Positions 59,198 to 64,000 of a stretch of DNA of 64,000 nucleotides are shown one piece after another. This DNA comes from Sedimentisphaerales bacterium. GTDB taxonomy: Bacteria > Planctomycetota > Phycisphaerae > Sedimentisphaerales > SM23-30. The stretch lies in NCBI GenBank assembly GCA_963663805.2, contig CAXXMR010000014.1, positions 32,001 to 96,000 on the forward strand, written 5' to 3'. Position 1 is the stretch's first letter, and each line of letters opens with the position of its first letter. Below the pieces are notes generated by a model that saw only the letters and a list, made by a program, of their open reading frames with translations, had not been told where the DNA came from and did no database searches. The translations under genes were made by a program, and so were the position numbers.

Positions 59198-62100
59198 ATG
59201 CAATTCTCAAAAACGTCCCTCACCGTCCTTTTTGCGATCTTGGCCTTGATTTCCGCCCACGCCTTCGCCGCTGAAACGTATTATGTAAGTGCCACGGAAC
59301 CCGCCGACTACACCACCATCCAGGCTGCTCTCGACGACGCCAACGGCATACTAGGTGACGTAGTTATTGTCATGGACGGCACTTACACCGAAGACCTGAC
59401 CGTCGCCACCGGCGTTATACTCAAAAGCGTGAACGGCTCGGGCGCTACAACCATCCAGTTAATTGACCAGACCGGTATCGAAGTGGATGCTGACGCTGAC
59501 GGTTTTTACGCTCGGCGGAACAGTCGACCAGGGCTTCGCCATCATTGCCGGCACCGATACCACCACTGTAATTGACAGTGCCGCAGATAACCTGGTAATA
59601 TCTTACAATGATTTCATAGTCCAGGGGATGGCCTCTACCGGAATCAATCTTGGTTCGGTTACCGGGTCAGCAACCATCACTCAGAATGATTTCACTACCG
59701 ACCTGAACAATTTTACCTTCATTACCGGCAGCAGCCTTAACTCCCTGATTCTGAGAAACAATTTATTTGCCGCTCAGGTTGGTTCATACGCCACCACGGC
59801 CCTGGATGTCACCGGCCTGACAGGCAGTTCACAGATTAGCGACTGCTCATTTGTTAATTTTGACATCGCTATCAATCTCGCTAACGGTGCGGGTCTTTCT
59901 AATCTGTCCATCAGTGATTGCCAATTAACCGGTAATAACAAAGGTATCGTTTTTGCCGAAGCAACCGGAGCAACAGGTAATATAAGCGAGGTTTCAGTTA
60001 CGACAACACTGTTTGTGGACAGCACCACGGCTGTCGAACTTAACAACAGCGTCTATATCCTAGCTAGCACTATCGTATTCAACAATTGCAATTTCGCGGG
60101 CAATACCCAGGCAGTCACTAATGACTCGGCTACTATTCTGAATGCTCAAGGCTGCTACTGGGATTCGGCGGACGGTCCTGCCGGAAGCGGGCCGGGTACG
60201 GGTCAGTCAATTTCGATTAATGTTGATTACAGTCCCTGGTGGGCACAGGATTGTCTGGCGGAACATACCGCGGCCTGGACCATCTACACGAACGACACCA
60301 TCCAGCCCGCCCTTGATTTAGCTTATGAAGGTGACGAGGTATTCGTTTATAATGGAATATACTCCGGCGACAAAAACCGCGACCTGACTTTCGGCGGCAA
60401 AAACCTTTATGTTCACAGTGAAACTCCCGACGTTCCTCAGGACTGCGTTATCATCTGTGATGGAACCCAAAGCGTGCCTCATAACGGTTTTAATCTGACC
60501 GGCGGACAAACCAATGCTTGCGTTATCGAAGGTTTTACAATTACCGGCGGCTTGCGTACCTTAAGCGGCGGCTTCAATATTGAATCATCGAGCCCGGTGA
60601 TTAACAATTGCGTCATTCTGGCCAACGAAGCCCTGACTGCCGGCGCTGGCGTGTATTGTGCCAACGATGCTCGTCCGGTTTTTACTGACTGTCTTTTTAT
60701 CGGTAATGGCCAGCCGACCAACGGTGGTGCGGTCGCGTGCTACTCAAACGCCAAGCCAATTTTTGTTGAATGTCAGTTCATTGGAAATTCAGCTTATAAA
60801 AAAGGCGGCGCGATCTATTGCGACAAGAGAAATCAAATCACTCTGGTCAACTGCATTCTCGCGGGCAACACCACCAATATCGGCAATGCCGGTGGTGACT
60901 TTGACGGCGGGGCGATTTACGTTCAGGACGGAACGAGCCTTAATATTTACAATTCACTTATCGCTGGCAACCGTGCCGAAGACTACGGCGGGGCAATCGC
61001 CTGCAACTTTGTCACCAGCTCAGCGTCTGTCAATATTTACAACTCCACTATCGCCCGCAACTCATCGGAAAGCAGTATCGGCGGTGGATTCTACATGGAA
61101 AACCTTAACCATCAGAGTTACTTCCGCAACACGATTATATCTTTCAACGAATCGGTACTGGGTAAGAATTTTGCATTCTCGGGCGGCACCGTCGATGCCT
61201 TCCACGGCTCATACAGCTGCCTGCCTGTTTTCACCTCCAGCATCAGTGACCCTGTCGGCGTACTCGATTTACAAAACTGTCTTACGGTAGACGGAGCCAA
61301 TCCTATCGACCCCGGCTTCACGGATTCATATTCCGGCAACTGGTCCCAGGCCGGAGTTTATGATTCCGCAGCCCATACGGTGATACTAACTGACCTCTGG
61401 TCGAACTATCCCGACAATTGGGAAACCGGCGAATTAATCGGAAAATATGTTCAGCCGAATATCGACGATGCCCGTCAATATCTCATTTTAGACAACACCG
61501 AAACAACCATTACTATTGACGCTGATTATGGAACCATAACCAATGGTTTTTCCTGGGTTGGCACCTGGGAAGACTATCAGATTCGCGACTATCGGCTGGC
61601 TGACGATTCTCCCTGCATAGATGCCGGCAACAACACCTCTATTCCGGTAGATACCTACGACCTGAACAACAACGGAATCACCGACGAGCTATGGCCTAAC
61701 GATCTTGATGGATACATTCGCAAAACCGACGAGCCGCTTATCCCCGATACCGGAGTTGGTCTGGCTCCGATAGTCGATATGGGTGCCCATGAATTTGGCT
61801 CTTTCTTTTCTCTCAATCTGGAATGGTCTGCTATCGAATCAACCCAGACAGTCAATACCCCCTTTGCCGTAAGCCTTACCGCCCGGATGCCGGATGGTCA
61901 GATTGCCGACTGGTTTGATGAACCGGTAAACATTGAATGTCTGGCTTTCAGCACCATAGATTCTAATGAAACTATCGGCACCGACATTCTCGAATGGGAA
62001 TTTCCGCTCCAGACCTGGGCCAAACACATGGCCCGCACCCAGACAATCTATCTGGCCCAGGACATAGGCGATGCCGCCCGTATTACGTCGCTGGCCCTGG

Positions 62101-62891
62101 ACGTAACCGACAGCTTTTTATACGATGTCGGCAACTGGACCATACGCCTGAAACACACTACCCTTAGTTCTTATGCCGCCAGTCCCGCCTGGGTTGATTC
62201 ATCTTTATGGACCACGGTTTATGCCGCTGACACCGTTATACCTGAAGGTGGTTATGTGTTCTTCGAGTTCGACACGCCCTACGAATACAACGGCAATGAC
62301 AATATCATGGTTGACTTCTCTTTCTCGATGCCGAACGCTTTCCCCGTGAATATCATCACCCGGGCGGGAATTCCCCAAGCTGGCATTAACCGCACTATTT
62401 ACCAGTCGGCACTTAATGAAAGCGGACTGGGACTACCTACGCTTTGGCAGGGCACCACAAATCCTACCCCGCTGATAACCGACAAAGTTCCCAATATAAT
62501 CCTGCACACTCAAAGGGATGTGACCACCGCTGTTGCCGTTACCCCCGATACGCTGAGCGGCTTTGTCGGCGGGGTATGGACCGGTGAGCTTACGGTGGCT
62601 GAGATAGCGGAAAACGCTATCATTCGCGCCAATCTTATTCTAGCGACGACCTCGGATAGTAACTATTTTGATGTTGTGGCCCAACTGTTATTCACCGGCG
62701 ATTATAATGACGACCTGATTATCGACTTCGCTGACTTCGCTTTCTTCGCCAACCAATGGCTGAGAACCGATTGCGAACAGGCCAATGATTTCTGCGGGGA
62801 AACCGACTTTGACCAGAGTACCGATGTCGGCACCAGTGACCTGCAGGAGTTCTCCCAGAGGTGGCTTGACGACCTGACTCCGCAAGAATAA
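59198..62891 (+). CDS. Large secreted right-handed beta-helix protein with C-terminal dockerin-like domain; apparent frameshift near 59505
   Basis: Signal peptide and Y.TIQAALD in 59198 frame; continues in 59463 frame after the T5 run; GGA...N repeats, SPCIDAG...VDMGAHE, GDYNDD.IIDFADF. Confidence 0.85.
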
Positions 62892-62915
62892 GGATGCAAT
62901 TCAGCTTACCCCCTC

Positions 62916-62949
62916 AAAGGGCGGCCTCTGACAGGTCGCCCTTTTTTTT
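62916..62949 (+). terminator. Intrinsic terminator between convergent genes
   Basis: AAAGGGCGGCCT-ctgac-AGGTCGCCCTTT followed by a T-run. Confidence 0.85.
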
Positions 62950-64000
62950 ATTCTGAAAGTAGCTTTATCCAGCCAGCAGGATTAGTGACAAGCAGTTTCT
63001 CGTTTTCTATTTTTTGGCCAATGCGGCAAATAAGGATTCTTTTGTCGGCAGAAATCATGTCAGCTGTTTTGTGTAAACGACTAATCATATCCTTCGATGG
63101 ATTACTGGTAAGCTTGATTTCGATTGCCCAACGATCAGTACCCCAATCAAGAACAAGATCCAACTCATAACCGTCTGAAGTCCGGAAATAATATGGTTGG
63201 ACGCGTTTGCCGGTGGCCGCAATCGCGCATAGAGTTTGCTCAATAATAAATCCTTCCCAGCTATGGCCCAACCATGGTTGGCAATAAAGTTGTTCCATAT
63301 CACTTACATTCATTAAGGAATGGAGCAATCCGCTATCTCGCCAATAAACTCTTGATGTTTTTACCAGTCGTTTTTTTATGTTCGTAGAATAAGGCGTCAG
63401 CTTCCTAATAAGAAAAACCCCCTCCAGGAAATCGCAATAGCTAAGTACAGTCTTATGGTCAAGCGATAGAGACGCTCCAAGCTGGGAAGCATTAAGCGGT
63501 TGGCCGTGAATGACAGCAAGCATAGCTAATAGTCTCATGGTTTGTTGGGGTTTAGCTGATAACCCCCAAGTGGGCAAATCCCGTGTTGTCAACATCTCCA
63601 GATAGCTCTGCTGCCACTCAGGAAACATTTTGGCATCAAGCACCCCGCCATCGGGGTATCCACCGCGCATCCATAAATCATCCAATTGCTTAGCTTTAAG
63701 TTCCGGCAAAATAAACGGGGTCATGTGAACCAACCCCATTCGCCCAACGAGTGATTCTGATACATTCTTCATTAATGCCGGCGATACTGAACCCAACAAG
63801 AGAAACCTCCCATTGCGTTTGCGGTCGGAGTCGATAGTTCCTCTCAGACGAGAAAATACCCAAGGCGATTCCTGGGCTTCATCAATTACAACAAGCTTTT
63901 TTCCTGCCGCAAGAGATTCCCACTCCACGTCAAGCCGAGCCTCACTGCCCTCAGTTTCCATATCAAAGTAGGTCCCATTGAACTGCTGTGCAATGGTCGT
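62948..64000 (-). CDS. AAA_14 ATPase + DUF4143 domain protein (5' end outside the window)
   Basis: IDEAQ, LLLGS, GGYP, K...YW.DSGL, EGFI, YFRTSDG.ELDLV..AIEIK. Confidence 0.88.
   Translation of the reverse strand, partial: TTIAQQFNGTYFDMETEGSEARLDVEWESLAAGKKLVVIDEAQESPWVFSRLRGTIDSDRKRNGRFLLLGSVSPALMKNVSESLVGRMGLVHMTPFILPELKAKQLDDLWMRGGYPDGGVLDAKMFPEWQQSYLEMLTTRDLPTWGLSAKPQQTMRLLAMLAVIHGQPLNASQLGASLSLDHKTVLSYCDFLEGVFLIRKLTPYSTNIKKRLVKTSRVYWRDSGLLHSLMNVSDMEQLYCQPWLGHSWEGFIIEQTLCAIAATGKRVQPYYFRTSDGYELDLVLDWGTDRWAIEIKLTSNPSKDMISRLHKTADMISADKRILICRIGQKIENEKLLVTNPAGWIKLLSE

Noticed and set aside
1..64000. tRNA, rRNA, prophage, integron or defence island
   Set aside because: No cloverleaf or rRNA signatures, phage genes, integrase or attC arrays recognised; the AAA_14/DUF4143 gene alone is insufficient

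Overview
Bacterial chromosomal window, most likely from a planctomycete of class Phycisphaerae (Sedimentisphaerales-like). This is inferred from dockerin-like 'GDxNxDxxVDxxD...W' modules on large secreted proteins and an FlgI-like lipoprotein beside smc. Housekeeping genes include purH, polA, smc, two aminotransferases and a standalone homocysteine methyltransferase. A chemosensory island carries 2 STAS proteins, 2 MCPs, CheW and an unusual exported dCache + CheD-like fusion. An aryl-acid cluster encodes a small accessory protein, an SSS symporter, an outer-membrane porin, iorAB, two paaK paralogues, an ACT protein and a PaaI-like thioesterase. There is also a MacAB-TolC-type exporter and two very large secreted multidomain proteins. 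Three insertion sequences have readable ends: an IS66 inserted in a terminator loop, an ISL3/Mutator-like IS with a perfect 8-bp TSD that interrupts a small membrane-protein gene, and an IS4 nested in one of two inverted copies of an unexplained ~570-bp non-coding element. A long structured 5' leader with attenuator-like features lies at ~53.6-53.9 kb. No rRNA, tRNA or CRISPR array was seen. Frameshifts cluster at 53-60 kb and may be sequencing indels. All family assignments come from motif recognition by eye, not from database searches.
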